Origin: Desulfosoma sp.
GTDB lineage: Bacteria > Desulfobacterota > Syntrophobacteria > Syntrophobacterales > DSM-9756
Assembly: GCA_037481835.1 (NCBI GenBank)
Contig: JBBFKW010000010.1
Coordinates: forward strand, 1-64,000
Direction: 5' to 3'
Length of the DNA stretch: 64,000 bases
Below, piece by piece: positions 1 to 9,319 of the stretch. Under the pieces are notes generated by a model. The model ran no database searches and had not been told where the DNA came from. It saw nothing but the letters and a program-made list of their open reading frames with translations. Numbering within the stretch: position 1 is the first letter of the stretch; every line of letters begins with the position of its first letter. Position numbers and translations under genes: made by a program.

Positions 1-34
1 CCGTGGACCAGTTTGGGTGACACTCAGTGGACCA

Positions 35-1582
35 TTATCGGCCGAAAGATGACAGGGTCGCAAAGGCCGCCGCCACGAAAAGCACGGCGTCGCGCACGGC
101 GCTCACCTTCATGGATCCCGACCCGGACGGGCCGCCGGAACCGAAACACCCGCAGTTCACATCCAGACCGCGCAGGATGTTGAACACGAGGGCCGCCAGG
201 AAAATCCCCAAGAGGCCCGTTCCCAGCACCAGGGCTCCCGGAGCGTAAAAGCCGCTCATGAGGCACACCCCGATCAGCGCTTCGAGCCACGGAAGGCCCA
301 AGGCGACGGCGTTCACGGCCCAAGACGGCAGGACGTGATAGTTGTAGAGGGTCTGGGCAAAATCCAGGGGATCGAGGATTTTTTCATAGGCGGCGGCCAA
401 GAACACAAGACCCAGAACGATCCGCAAACCCATCAGGGCCGCCTGGGAAAAACGCCCTGAGGTCTTCTCGGAGCCGTCCCATGAAGGCGTCTCCTCCAGA
501 GCCTCCATGGGCGCCGCGCAGGCCCCGTTTCCGGCGCCCCCTTGGCAGGACATTTCGCACAACAGGGACCCGTTGCCGCACCATTGGGTTTCCAACTGGA
601 TGATGGGATGGTCGATCCCGTAACGACGCCGCAGGACCTCCTCGGCCAAGCGCCTTACCCGCTCCCCTTCGCTGAGCTTCTGGTCCGGGACGACCAGGTG
701 GCAGGAGAAGGCTATGCTGGAGGAACTCACCTGCCAGGCATGGAGATAATGGGCGTTCACCACGCCCGGGAGGGCTTCCAGGGTTTCTTTGACCCGGGTG
801 ATGTCCACATGGCGCGGGGCGGCGTTCAGGAGCACCGCCACGGCTTCTTGCAGCACGCCCCAGCAGTTCTTGAGGATAAAGGCGACGATGACCACCGAAA
901 GGAGGGGATCGAGCCATGTCCAGGGCCGGACCATGAGGACCGCCCCGGTGACGAGGACCGCCACGGAAGTGAGCAGATCCCCGACCATGTGCAGAAAAGC
1001 GCCGCGCACGTTGAGGTTGTGGGTCGCGTCCCGGTGCAGGAGAAGCGCCGAAAAGCCGTTACCCACAACGCCCACGGCCGCCAGGGCCATGACCCAGAGG
1101 CCGGAGACGTCCTGAGGGTGTCGGAAGCGCTCGACGGCCTCGTAAAGGATCACCGAGCAGGCGCCCACCAGGATGAGAACGTTCAGGAGGGCGGCAAGGA
1201 TTTCCACGCGCCGGAACCCGAAGGTATGGCGCGATGTGGCGCCGCGGCGCCCGATGCGCCACGCGCCGTAAGCGATGACAAGGGCTGCGAAGTCGCTGAA
1301 GTTGTGGACGGCATCGGAGAGCAAGGCCACGCTGTTGGCCAGGATGCCCCCGACGATTTGCGCCGCCGGAATGAGGAGATTGAGGCCCATGGTGATGAGC
1401 AGCCGCGCCCCGGAGACTTCGCCGGGCGACGGGGCGTGGCTGTGGAGCCCTCCCGCGGCGTGGGCGTGATCGTGCTCGTGGCCGTGGTCGTGGTGAGTGT
1501 CGTCACACCCGGAACAATGGTCCCACTCCCCATCGTGGGCACCCTCGGCTTGGGATTTGATAGGACGGATGTCGCCGGCCAT
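35..1582 (-). CDS. czcD: CDF family cation efflux transporter (CzcD-like) fused to a C-terminal MauE/DoxX membrane domain
   Basis: His-rich N-terminus, CDF motifs ALLSDAVHNFSD and NVRGAFLHMVGD, cytoplasmic domain; C-terminal DoxX/MauE with RGLDVNCGCFG. Start moved to ATG 1582 (GGAG upstream). Confidence 0.85.
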   Translation of the reverse strand: MAGDIRPIKSQAEGAHDGEWDHCSGCDDTHHDHGHEHDHAHAAGGLHSHAPSPGEVSGARLLITMGLNLLIPAAQIVGGILANSVALLSDAVHNFSDFAALVIAYGAWRIGRRGATSRHTFGFRRVEILAALLNVLILVGACSVILYEAVERFRHPQDVSGLWVMALAAVGVVGNGFSALLLHRDATHNLNVRGAFLHMVGDLLTSVAVLVTGAVLMVRPWTWLDPLLSVVIVAFILKNCWGVLQEAVAVLLNAAPRHVDITRVKETLEALPGVVNAHYLHAWQVSSSSIAFSCHLVVPDQKLSEGERVRRLAEEVLRRRYGIDHPIIQLETQWCGNGSLLCEMSCQGGAGNGACAAPMEALEETPSWDGSEKTSGRFSQAALMGLRIVLGLVFLAAAYEKILDPLDFAQTLYNYHVLPSWAVNAVALGLPWLEALIGVCLMSGFYAPGALVLGTGLLGIFLAALVFNILRGLDVNCGCFGSGGPSGSGSMKVSAVRDAVLFVAAAFATLSSFGR

Positions 1583-1622
1583 GAAAAAAGCTCCTGTTTT
1601 CACGAAAGGGTGGTGGCAGACC

Positions 1623-2126
1623 TTAGGGGCCCGATGCCGTGGGCAGGCCGTGTTCGACCCACACCGACCACCCGTTGGCCAAGACCTTCACCTGGTCGTA
1701 ACCCCGGGCCATTAAAGCGACAGCCAGTTCGGCGCTCAACGCACAGCCTTCCCCGTCGCAGTACGTCACGATGGGCGTCTCCTTGGGAATGTCCGCAAGG
1801 GCGGCGTCCGCCCGCTCTTCGAAAGACACCCACGGCAGATTCCTGGCCCCTTCGATGTGGCCCCGGGCGTAGGCTTCAGGACTTCGCGCATCCAGAAAGA
1901 CGGCCTCCTTCGTCAAGAAAAGGATCTGGGCTTCCTCCAAGGAAATTTCCAGATTCGACCCGTCTTCCGAGGTCCCCAGGGAGGCCGCCGACCAATCCCC
2001 CACCCACGGAATGCCGTCGGAACGAATCCCGTTGGACACCGCCGCCAAGACACAGGCCGCCGCCACCAGCACGGCCCCCTGCCGCACAGCCTCCCGCCAC
2101 GGACTCGTGACTCCCCGTCGGATCAT
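1623..2126 (-). CDS. Membrane-anchored rhodanese-like domain protein
   Basis: N-terminal hydrophobic helix; FLDARSPEAYARGHIEGA and active-loop YCDGEGC; start approximate. Confidence 0.8.
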   Translation of the reverse strand: MIRRGVTSPWREAVRQGAVLVAAACVLAAVSNGIRSDGIPWVGDWSAASLGTSEDGSNLEISLEEAQILFLTKEAVFLDARSPEAYARGHIEGARNLPWVSFEERADAALADIPKETPIVTYCDGEGCALSAELAVALMARGYDQVKVLANGWSVWVEHGLPTASGP

Positions 2127-2159
2127 CCTCCATGCCCCTTCCGCCGATCCAGCGGTTCG

Positions 2160-2314
2160 TGTTGGGGTTCGCTCTACCCGCCCCAACCTCCATCGGCCGG
2201 CCCCCAATCCATAAACTCGTAGGTTGGGGTGAGCGCAGCGAACCCCAACACCACCGGCCGGCCTCCGTCCATCAATAAGCTCGTAGGTTGGGGTGAGCGC
2301 AGCGAACCCCAACA
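2160..2314. repeat. Cluster of GTAG-type REP palindromes (two direct copies in ~64-bp tandem units plus one degenerate inverted copy)
   Basis: GTAGGTTGGGGTGAGCGCAGCGAACCCCAACA at 2219-2250 and 2283-2314; degenerate reverse copy 2160-2191. Confidence 0.85.
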
Positions 2315-2331
2315 CAAATCCCACACACCCC

Positions 2332-3615
2332 CTAGCGCATCTTGGCCTTCAGTTCGCTGAGCTCTCGCCGCATGGAGGCCACATCGTCCATGAGGCGGGC
2401 CACGGCCTCGTGGAGGTTCATGCCTTTGAGCCAATCTGCAAACCAATGGCGCGTGGCCAGGCAGATTTTAACGAGCATGAGCATGACCGGCACCTCGATC
2501 AGAACGCCCACGACGGTCGCCAAGGCCGCCCCCGAAGACAGCCCGAAGAGCAACGTGGCCGTGGCGATGGCCACTTCGAAGTGATTGGACGCGCCGATCA
2601 TGGCCGAGGGAGCGGCGTCTTCATAGTGCAGTTTCAGCACCTTGGCCAAGGCGTAGCCGATCCAGAAAATCAGATTGGTCTGGATGAACAAAGGGATGGC
2701 GATCCAAAGGATCGTCAAAGGATTGCCGATGATGACGTCCCCTTTAAAGGAAAACAAGAGAACCAGAGTGACCAGCAAGGCGATGATGGTCACGGGGGTG
2801 AGCACGTGGAGGAATTTTTCCTCGAACCACCGGACGCCCTTGGCGCGGATGATGAGTTTTCGCGAAAAGTAGCCGGCCACCAGGGGCAACGCCACGTAGA
2901 TCCCGATGGAAAGGACCAGGGCCTGCCACGGCACGGGAAGCCGCCCCACGCCGAGAAGGTAGCCGCCGAGGGGTCCGTAAAGGAACAGCATGGTGAGGCT
3001 GTTGATGGCCACCATGACCAGGGTGTGGCCGTCGTTTCCCCGGGCGAGGTAGCCCCACACCAAGACCATGGCCGTGCACGGGGCGATCCCTAAAAGGATG
3101 CACCCCGCCAGGTAGCTTCGCCACAGGGGCACCTGGAGCACCTTCATCCCTTCGTGGAGGACCACCGTGCCCACCCCGTGGGTCGCCCCTACGGGAAGGT
3201 TCAGCCCCAAGGGCATTTTCACGTAATCCACGGCGTCGGGGCCGATGAACCCCTTGAAGGCATAGCCCAAGAAAAACAGGGCGATGGCATACATGGTGAA
3301 CGGCTTGATGGCCCAGTTGACGAAAAGGGTAAGCCCCACGGGCTTGACGCTCTTTCCGGCCCTGAGGACTTCGCCGAAGTCGATCTTCACCATAATGGGG
3401 TACATCATGAAGAAAAGACAGACCGCGATGGGAATGGACACCACCGGAGCCTCATTGACGGTGATGGCCAAACCGTCCAGGTATCGGGCCACCCCGGGCG
3501 CCACCCGGCCGAGAAAAATGCCCGCCGCGATGCACAAGATGACCCACACGGAAAGATACTTTTCAAAAAAACTCAGCCCGCGCCCTTCCTTCCTTGCCTG
3601 CGCCTCTGCACCCAT
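2332..3615 (-). CDS. acr3: ACR3 family arsenite efflux transporter
   Basis: [57 protein letters not shown] motifs. Confidence 0.95.
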   Translation of the reverse strand: MGAEAQARKEGRGLSFFEKYLSVWVILCIAAGIFLGRVAPGVARYLDGLAITVNEAPVVSIPIAVCLFFMMYPIMVKIDFGEVLRAGKSVKPVGLTLFVNWAIKPFTMYAIALFFLGYAFKGFIGPDAVDYVKMPLGLNLPVGATHGVGTVVLHEGMKVLQVPLWRSYLAGCILLGIAPCTAMVLVWGYLARGNDGHTLVMVAINSLTMLFLYGPLGGYLLGVGRLPVPWQALVLSIGIYVALPLVAGYFSRKLIIRAKGVRWFEEKFLHVLTPVTIIALLVTLVLLFSFKGDVIIGNPLTILWIAIPLFIQTNLIFWIGYALAKVLKLHYEDAAPSAMIGASNHFEVAIATATLLFGLSSGAALATVVGVLIEVPVMLMLVKICLATRHWFADWLKGMNLHEAVARLMDDVASMRRELSELKAKMR

Positions 3616-3649
3616 GACGTCGCCTCCCGTGTGCCGCCGACTTTAACGA

Positions 3650-3673
3650 CTACATTCCTCTAAAGCAATATAA
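3650..3673 (-). promoter_or_regulatory. Putative ArsR operator upstream of acr3
   Basis: Minus strand TATATT-N10-AATGTA, same as the box upstream of arsR (13383-13406). Confidence 0.6.
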
Positions 3674-3840
3674 TTTTTCCACCCGGCCCGCCTTCCCCAT
3701 TGCATCACCCAGGCGGGTGTCTTTGCCCCGAAGGACACAAGGTCACCTGCACATGGCTTCATTTTCATATAGGCACTTGGGCGCTCTGTCAAGGCCCCTC
3801 TGTGGGGCGAAAAATTTTGCCCGGGCGGGCGCCATGGGGC

Positions 3841-3876
3841 TTGACAAAATCCAATATATTGCTAGATAGAAATACA
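3841..3876 (+). promoter_or_regulatory. Putative sigma70 promoter with overlapping ArsR-type operator for the permease gene
   Basis: TTGACA at 3841 followed by TATATT-N10-AATACA (3855-3876). Confidence 0.55.
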
Positions 3877-3943
3877 AGCAAGCCGAGCCGAGCACGGCTC
3901 TTTGTGAACGACCGAAGCACCAATGAAGGAAGGAGGACGTCTC

Positions 3944-5323
3944 ATGGCACGCACGGAAGTGTCCCACACGGAGGTGAGTCTCGCGGAGGCTCAAGGGGTG
4001 GAAGAGGAAGAAGAAAGTCAGATTCAGTGGTCGGCCATCTGGAAACCGCTGAGTCTCATTGTGGGCAGTTTTCTCGTTCTATTCTGGCTGCCCATGGAAA
4101 GTGCCCGGTTCCGGGGGGCGATCCTGGAATCCCTGGCCTTGGCCAAGTGGTACGCCCAGGAACACGTGCTCTTGTGCCTGGTTCCCGCCTTTTTCATCGC
4201 CGGCGCCATTTCCTGTTTCGTCTCCCAGGCCGCCGTCATGAAATACCTGGGGGCCGGAGCCAAGAAGGTGCTCGCTTACGGAGTGGCCTCGGTTTCCGGA
4301 AGCATTCTGGCGGTCTGCTCGTGCACGGTGCTCCCTCTCTTTGCGGGGATTTGGAAACGCGGGGCGGGCCTGGGGCCGGCCATCGCCTTTTTGTATTCGG
4401 GGCCGGCCATTAACGTCTTGGCCATGGTGCTCACCGCCCGCATCCTGGGGCTTCCCCTGGGGATCGCCCGGGCCGTGGGAGCCGTGATGTTCAGCGTTGT
4501 CATCGGGCTCCTCATGCACCTCATCTTCCACAAGGAGGAACAGGCCAAGGCCGCGGCGGCCCTCCACATGCCCGTCCCTGAAGTGGAACGGCCGCTGTGG
4601 CAAAACGTCGTCTATTTTGCCAGCATGGTCGGCGTGCTCATTTTCGCCACCTGGGGAAAGTCCTCTTCTCCCGTGGGGTTCTGGAACGCGGTCTACACCA
4701 TCAAGTGGTACCTGTGCGGCGCCTTCGCCCTCTTTTTGGGCTTTCTTCTCGTGCAATGGTTTCGGGTCAAGGCCTTTAAGATCGTCCTTTCCGCCCTCGT
4801 CGTGGCGGCCCTCGCTTTCCTCTTCCCCCATGAGCCCTTGATCGCCTTTGGAACGGGGATCGTCCTTTTCGTCGTCTGCCTCACGACCACCCGAGGCGAG
4901 ACGGAAACGTGGTTCCTCGCCACGTGGGATTTCACCAAGCAGATCACGCCGCTCCTTTTCGGCGGCGTCCTTGTGGCGGGGCTGCTCCTCGGACGCCCCG
5001 ACGGTGCCGAGGGCCTCATCCCGTCCCGGTGGGTGAGCGGCCTTGTGGGGGGAAATTCCCTTGCGGCCAATTTCTTCGCCGCCGTGGTGGGGGCGTTCAT
5101 GTATTTCGCCACCTTGACGGAGGTGCCCATCCTCCAGGGTCTCCTTGGCGCCGGCATGGGCAAGGGACCGGCCCTGGCCCTGCTCCTTGCGGGGCCGGCC
5201 TTGAGCCTCCCCAACATGCTGGTCATCCGAAGCGTTCTCGGCACGTGGAAGACGGTCGTGTATGTGAGCCTCGTGGTCATCATGTCCACCATCGCCGGGT
5301 TGATCTTCGGCCACTACTTTTAA
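3944..5323 (+). CDS. DUF318/ArsP-like permease
   Basis: EHVLLCLVPAFFIAGAI, VCSCTVLPLF, YSGPAIN, MYFATLTEVPI, GPALSLPNM; GGAGG RBS before ATG 3944. Confidence 0.9.
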   Translation: MARTEVSHTEVSLAEAQGVEEEEESQIQWSAIWKPLSLIVGSFLVLFWLPMESARFRGAILESLALAKWYAQEHVLLCLVPAFFIAGAISCFVSQAAVMKYLGAGAKKVLAYGVASVSGSILAVCSCTVLPLFAGIWKRGAGLGPAIAFLYSGPAINVLAMVLTARILGLPLGIARAVGAVMFSVVIGLLMHLIFHKEEQAKAAAALHMPVPEVERPLWQNVVYFASMVGVLIFATWGKSSSPVGFWNAVYTIKWYLCGAFALFLGFLLVQWFRVKAFKIVLSALVVAALAFLFPHEPLIAFGTGIVLFVVCLTTTRGETETWFLATWDFTKQITPLLFGGVLVAGLLLGRPDGAEGLIPSRWVSGLVGGNSLAANFFAAVVGAFMYFATLTEVPILQGLLGAGMGKGPALALLLAGPALSLPNMLVIRSVLGTWKTVVYVSLVVIMSTIAGLIFGHYF

Positions 5324-5371
5324 TGACGGGCGAAACATTCCGGAAGGGCGCCCCCGGGACGGAGCACGTTC

Positions 5372-5630
5372 ATGAAAATCGCGGCCCTGCAGGAAAAGGC
5401 CCGAAGCTTTCGAGCTCGTGCCCGATAGGATCAACTTCAGCTACGGATGCTAGGGTTGTCGGGACGCCGAGGATATCGGCCCCGACGAATCCGTCCTCGG
5501 GTTCCCTTTCGCCCATTTCCATACCGTTTGTGATTATGTCGCGTATTTCAGCGAAAGGGCCATGGCGCGTTCCAGGGAAAAGAAGGCTTTGGCCCTTTTG
5601 GCCAAGAAAGGCGAAGGTTGTACAGGTTGA
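5372..5630 (+). pseudogene. Probable DUF169-family remnant (internally deleted, in-frame stop)
   Basis: Hand translation: INFSYGC*GCRDAEDIGPDESVLGFP...ARSREKKALALL; TAG at 5451-5453 inside a CxxC-like motif; upstream ATG 5372 is in another frame. Confidence 0.5.
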
Positions 5631-5662
5631 CGTGGACACGTGGGAGCGCAGGGAGCAAGGCC

Positions 5663-6013
5663 ATGGCACTGCCGGAAAAATTCGCTTTTTGGAAGGGAAT
5701 CCCTAGGGAAAAGATCCAATGGAATCCCCGAATCGATGAATCCAAGTGCACGGGCTGTGGGATGTGCGTCACCAGTTGCGGTCGGGAAGTTTTCAGCTAT
5801 GATCCCGAACGCAACAAGTCCGTGGTGGCGAATCCTCAGCACTGTTTGGTGGGCTGTATGTCCTGCAAGACCTGGTGTGTCTTCGACGCCATCGACTTCC
5901 CGGACCCAACCTCCGTCAAGAACCTGATCAAGGAGAGGAACCTTCTGCCCCTAGCCAAAAAGCAGCTCAGGGCCATGCTGGACGAAGGCCGGCTGCCCAA
6001 GCGGGCCGAATGA
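5663..6013 (+). CDS. 4Fe-4S dicluster ferredoxin-like protein
   Basis: CTGCGMCVTSC and CLVGCMSCKTWC; PREKIQWNPRID N-terminus. Confidence 0.85.
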   Translation: MALPEKFAFWKGIPREKIQWNPRIDESKCTGCGMCVTSCGREVFSYDPERNKSVVANPQHCLVGCMSCKTWCVFDAIDFPDPTSVKNLIKERNLLPLAKKQLRAMLDEGRLPKRAE

Positions 6014-6075
6014 ATCCCCTATCCATCCCGACAGAGCTTTGGGCACTTTGTGAAGGCCTTGGCGGGAAGAGGCTT

Positions 6076-6110
6076 TTTCTCCCGCCAAGGCGCAAAGGCG
6101 CCAAGAAAAA
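6076..6110 (+). repeat. Half-copy of the GxxExxY-associated repeat
   Basis: TTTCTCCCGCCAAGGCGCAAAGGCGCCAAGAAAAA matches the right arms at 8759-8793 and 9254-9283. Confidence 0.75.
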
Positions 6111-6207
6111 CCTCTTTTTTAGCATTTCTCAGGGCCGAGCCGGAACAGTGGGAAGGCTGGGATGTCGGATGTCCCGATCGTCTTGACGATGCGGCCAAAC
6201 CCAAGAC

Positions 6208-6513
6208 TTACAATTCGATTCCACTTTCCATGACTTCTCTGGCAATGGGGTTTGCCGAATGGAAATCCATTTCCCGGATGGGATGAGGTTCGATGCGCGT
6301 GTCGAACTTCCGCCGCAGTTTCATCAAATCCACTTGCATCTCGAAGGTATCGGCAACCGTCCCGACGATCACCGCAACATCAAGATCACTGTCTTCGTTG
6401 TCCGTTCCTTTGGCGTAGGACCCGAAAAGAATGACCTTTTTGACCTGAGGGATTGCCTTTTTCAAAAGGGTGGCGTAATTGACTACGGCTTCGGGAGGTT
6501 TTCTCTGAGCCAT
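6208..6513 (-). CDS. Minimal nucleotidyltransferase (MNT) antitoxin
   Basis: FGSYAKGTDNEDSDLD = GS-X10-DXD; overlaps the HEPN gene end. Confidence 0.85.
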   Translation of the reverse strand: MAQRKPPEAVVNYATLLKKAIPQVKKVILFGSYAKGTDNEDSDLDVAVIVGTVADTFEMQVDLMKLRRKFDTRIEPHPIREMDFHSANPIAREVMESGIEL

Positions 6514-6879
6514 GTTCTCATACCTCGAATTTCATCTATCCACTTCCTCGTAAAATCAAAGGTGCATTTCCGATGAAATTCCCTTTTGTAATCGTCATAG
6601 CGTGCACGGATATTGAAGGTGGAAATGGTGTCGAGAATATCCTTTTGGTTTTCGCTGAGATCTAAACCGGCTCTTTCCGCCAACCGCACGAGATCATGCA
6701 TGAGTGGTGGGTTGATTCCCACATTCTGAACGTAAAAAGCCTTCATAAGCTTTTCCAGGACAAGATGCCCGAAAAACAATGCCCAAACTGTAATCTCCCT
6801 TTTCAAAGAGATGCTCCATAGCACTATAATCCGTGTCCGAACTCTCGATCCAATATCGGAGGATTTCATGCTTGTCCAC
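6483..6879 (-). pseudogene. HEPN domain protein, frameshifted
   Basis: VDKHEILRYWIESSDTDY...KGDYS in one frame continues as WALFFGHLVLEKLMKA...HDLVRLA...ARYDDY in another; one extra T at ~6785-6787. Confidence 0.8.
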
Positions 6880-7157
6880 GCTGTCCTCGCGACTCTGCAT
6901 TGGTGGCATCGCCGATAGCGGGGAATTTGACAATGGTGAAAGCTTTCCCCCTTTTGGGCAACCTAACCAATACCAGACACGGAATCAACAATCCGATGTT
7001 TTGAGTATAGCGTTTAAGGTTCTCGGCGGCGGGACCGGTGTGGAACGGAATGCCGGTGGCGCAAGGTGAGGAGGGCGTTTTCGAAGGGGGTTCTGGCCCG
7101 GAGTTCGGGAAGAACCGCATCGGGCGGAATGGGGCCGAATCTTTGGCCGTAAACGCA

Positions 7158-7523
7158 TTAGCCAGGCGTCTCTTTGTCAGCCTGTGACAGGATGAGACCC
7201 ATCACATCCTCCAGGCAAGTCTGCGTTGAAGCTTCCGGCGCTTTCTGGCCACTGACATGCTTGTGATGGGGAAAGGTGCTGAGGTGTGTATGATGCGGCG
7301 CGTTATCCCAACCGATCTTCAGTTGATTCTCATTGTTGAGCCAGTAGTAACTGTAGCGTTTGAGCTCCTCCCCAGACCACTGCTCGGTGATCCGCACGTT
7401 GGAGCCGTCTTCGAGATATATGATGAGCCGCAGCGTCTCGCCGTCGAGCTCGAGAACGACGATGCGAGAGACCTGATCAGCGAACGCGGCCTGAATCTCA
7501 AGCAGCCGTTCAGTCGCCAACAT
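7158..7523 (-). CDS. DUF6516 (TumE-like) putative toxin
   Basis: RYSYYW...GWDNAPHH...FPHHKH motif. Confidence 0.75.
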   Translation of the reverse strand: MLATERLLEIQAAFADQVSRIVVLELDGETLRLIIYLEDGSNVRITEQWSGEELKRYSYYWLNNENQLKIGWDNAPHHTHLSTFPHHKHVSGQKAPEASTQTCLEDVMGLILSQADKETPG

Positions 7524-7860
7524 GGCTCACGCCTTTAAGACAAAGACCCTGAGCGGCGATTTTCTCCAGCGCGGCAATATCCCGGGTTACGGTTTCTAAG
7601 ACATCTTGCCAATGATGCCACATGATATAGTCCTCATGCATTTCAAAACCGGCATCGTCAGGTAATCCGGTTGCGTCAAGTTGAGCCAGCGTCGTGCCAT
7701 ACTTCTTTTCAAAAGCCTGTATTTTGCTCTGAGCCAGAAAATGCCGTTTTCTCAATCCGGAAAGCCTGACCGCAACGCCATAGCTGATAATCGCCTCACG
7801 CTCCATCCGAGGCAGTGAAAGAAAGGCCTGTTCCAACTGGGCTGTCATATCAATCGTCAT
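7510..7860 (-). CDS. Putative antitoxin partner of the DUF6516 protein
   Basis: FEKKYG...HEDYIMW motif; overlaps the toxin start. Confidence 0.65.
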   Translation of the reverse strand: MTIDMTAQLEQAFLSLPRMEREAIISYGVAVRLSGLRKRHFLAQSKIQAFEKKYGTTLAQLDATGLPDDAGFEMHEDYIMWHHWQDVLETVTRDIAALEKIAAQGLCLKGVSHVGD

Positions 7861-8137
7861 GGGTACACCTCTTGATCACATCCAGGGAGATATAGACCCC
7901 CACCTACTCTTTGTTCCGTCATGCCGCTCCTGCTGCGGATCGCGCCACACCCTGCCTGCTTTCGATAGTCGTCTGAGCCTTCGTCATGATACCTTGCAAC
8001 ACACGGAAACACAAAGTGGCCGACAGAGAACTGCGCCGGGTCCACGGTGATGCAGGTCAGCCGGCGCGTGCACTGGCCCCAGGGTGCCCCGGGTCTGAAC
8101 GCGATGTCCGGCAGATCGTCCAGAGCGGGGACGTCGG

Positions 8138-8352
8138 CTACAAATCCTCAGGTCGCAAGCCCGTTCGTCTGGCAACGCGCGCCAACATGCGCGGCTCGAT
8201 CTCCTCCCGATCATGAAACGCAAACACGTAATCCGGCCAGCCAGGGCGCGACAGCACCCTGTGTGAAGCATGTTGGCGCTTAATGGCCCACCCGAGATGC
8301 GCTGCAGCGCCCTCAGCAAATCGCTGGCCTTGATGGATGGCCAATCGCTCAT
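8138..8352 (-). pseudogene. hicA: HicA family toxin, frameshifted
   Basis: MSDWPSIKASDLLRALQRI then GWAIKRQHASHRVLSRPGWPDYVFAFHDREEI...TGLRPEDL in another frame; 2-bp (TC) duplication at ~8294-8297. Confidence 0.8.
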
Positions 8353-8558
8353 GCGAAGACAAACGTGAAGCTATCGAGTTTGTCGGAAGGTTGCTCGTTC
8401 TCCACCCAGTCCGCCAACACGCGTAAGGCCAGCGCCTTCGCTTTGGCAATGGCACGAGCCTCATCTTCGCCATAGGCCATGACGCCGGGAATGTCCAACA
8501 CCTCAGCAATCCAGCGCCCATCAGCTTCTTGTTCTACTTCGATCCTAAACTGCATCAT
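8349..8558 (-). CDS. hicB: HicB family antitoxin
   Basis: FRIEVEQEADGRWIAEVLDIPGVMAYG; ATGA overlap with hicA. Confidence 0.85.
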   Translation of the reverse strand: MMQFRIEVEQEADGRWIAEVLDIPGVMAYGEDEARAIAKAKALALRVLADWVENEQPSDKLDSFTFVFA

Positions 8559-8725
8559 CGTCTCCCTTTCGCCCGCGACGATGTGAGAAACGTGGACCTC
8601 ATGGCTCGGTTTGCATGTGCTCAATCATGCTCCGCGCCAGCGCAAAACATAAGCCTGCCTGAGCCTACTCTCCTACCGCCCGCACGCCCGCTCGCGGTCC
8701 GCCTGGGTCTTGGCCGTGCTGGTTT

Positions 8726-8788
8726 CTTTGCGCCTTGGCGCCTTTGCGTGAGCTTTTATTTCTCACGCCAAGACGCAAAGGCGCCAAG
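8726..8788. repeat. 63-bp imperfect hairpin downstream of the GxxExxY gene
   Basis: CTTTGCGCCTTGGCGCCTTTGCGTGAG-loop-CTCACGCCAAGACGCAAAGGCGCCAAG; arms built from 9-bp units. Confidence 0.85.
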
Positions 8789-8812
8789 AAAAAATCGCTT
8801 TCGCGCGAAAAC

Positions 8813-9205
8813 CTAAGTCTCCAGCCGGTTCACCCCTCGGAAAATTCCGTCTTTTAGGAGCACCGCCCCGAAGTTGATGAGGAGTCCCAGGCGCAGGTCC
8901 GCCAGCCGAAGGGAGGTGAGCAACTGCTTGTGGTGGACCGGCTGGACCCTCTCCACCGATTTCAGCTCCACGATCACCTTCTGTTCCACCACCAGGTCGG
9001 CTCGAAAGGCGTCAGCAAGCACCAGCTCGTCGTAGCGGATGGCGATGGGCACCTCACTTTGGACGGAAAGCCCGCGCTTTTTGAGCTCATGGGCCAAGAC
9101 GGCCTGGTAGACCGATTCCAAAAGGCCGGGGCCCAAAGCTCGGTGCACCTGCAGCGCGGCATCCACCACCACTTTGGCGATGTCGTTTTCGTGAAGTCCC
9201 CTCAT
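8813..9205 (-). CDS. GxxExxY protein (PD-(D/E)XK nuclease fold)
   Basis: LGPGLLESVY, RADLVV, IVELKSV, GLLINFG motifs. Confidence 0.92.
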   Translation of the reverse strand: MRGLHENDIAKVVVDAALQVHRALGPGLLESVYQAVLAHELKKRGLSVQSEVPIAIRYDELVLADAFRADLVVEQKVIVELKSVERVQPVHHKQLLTSLRLADLRLGLLINFGAVLLKDGIFRGVNRLET

Positions 9206-9220
9206 CCCCCAATTCTTTTC

Positions 9221-9283
9221 CTTTGCGCCTTTGCGTCTTTGCGTGAGATCTTATTTCTCACGCCAAGGCGCAAAGACGCAAAG
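9221..9283. repeat. 63-bp imperfect hairpin upstream of the GxxExxY gene (direct repeat of 8726-8788)
   Basis: CTTTGCGCCTTTGCGTCTTTGCGTGAG-loop-CTCACGCCAAGGCGCAAAGACGCAAAG. Confidence 0.85.
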
Positions 9284-9319
9284 AGAAAAACTCTTCAGGC
9301 GGTTCACCCCCTCCATGGC

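Noticed and set aside
542..2110. Long antisense ORFs (also 4079-5434, 23424-25019, 29067-30602, 45248-46648, 48360-50066)
   Set aside because: Shadow frames of well-supported genes in GC-rich DNA; no recognisable motifs.
5451..5453. Pyrrolysine at the in-frame TAG of the DUF169-like remnant
   Set aside because: The gene is also truncated and frameshifted; a nonsense mutation is simpler.
6940..7150. Gene remnants in spacers of the TA cluster (also 7870-8130)
   Set aside because: Fragments look coding-like but I could not assign them to any family.
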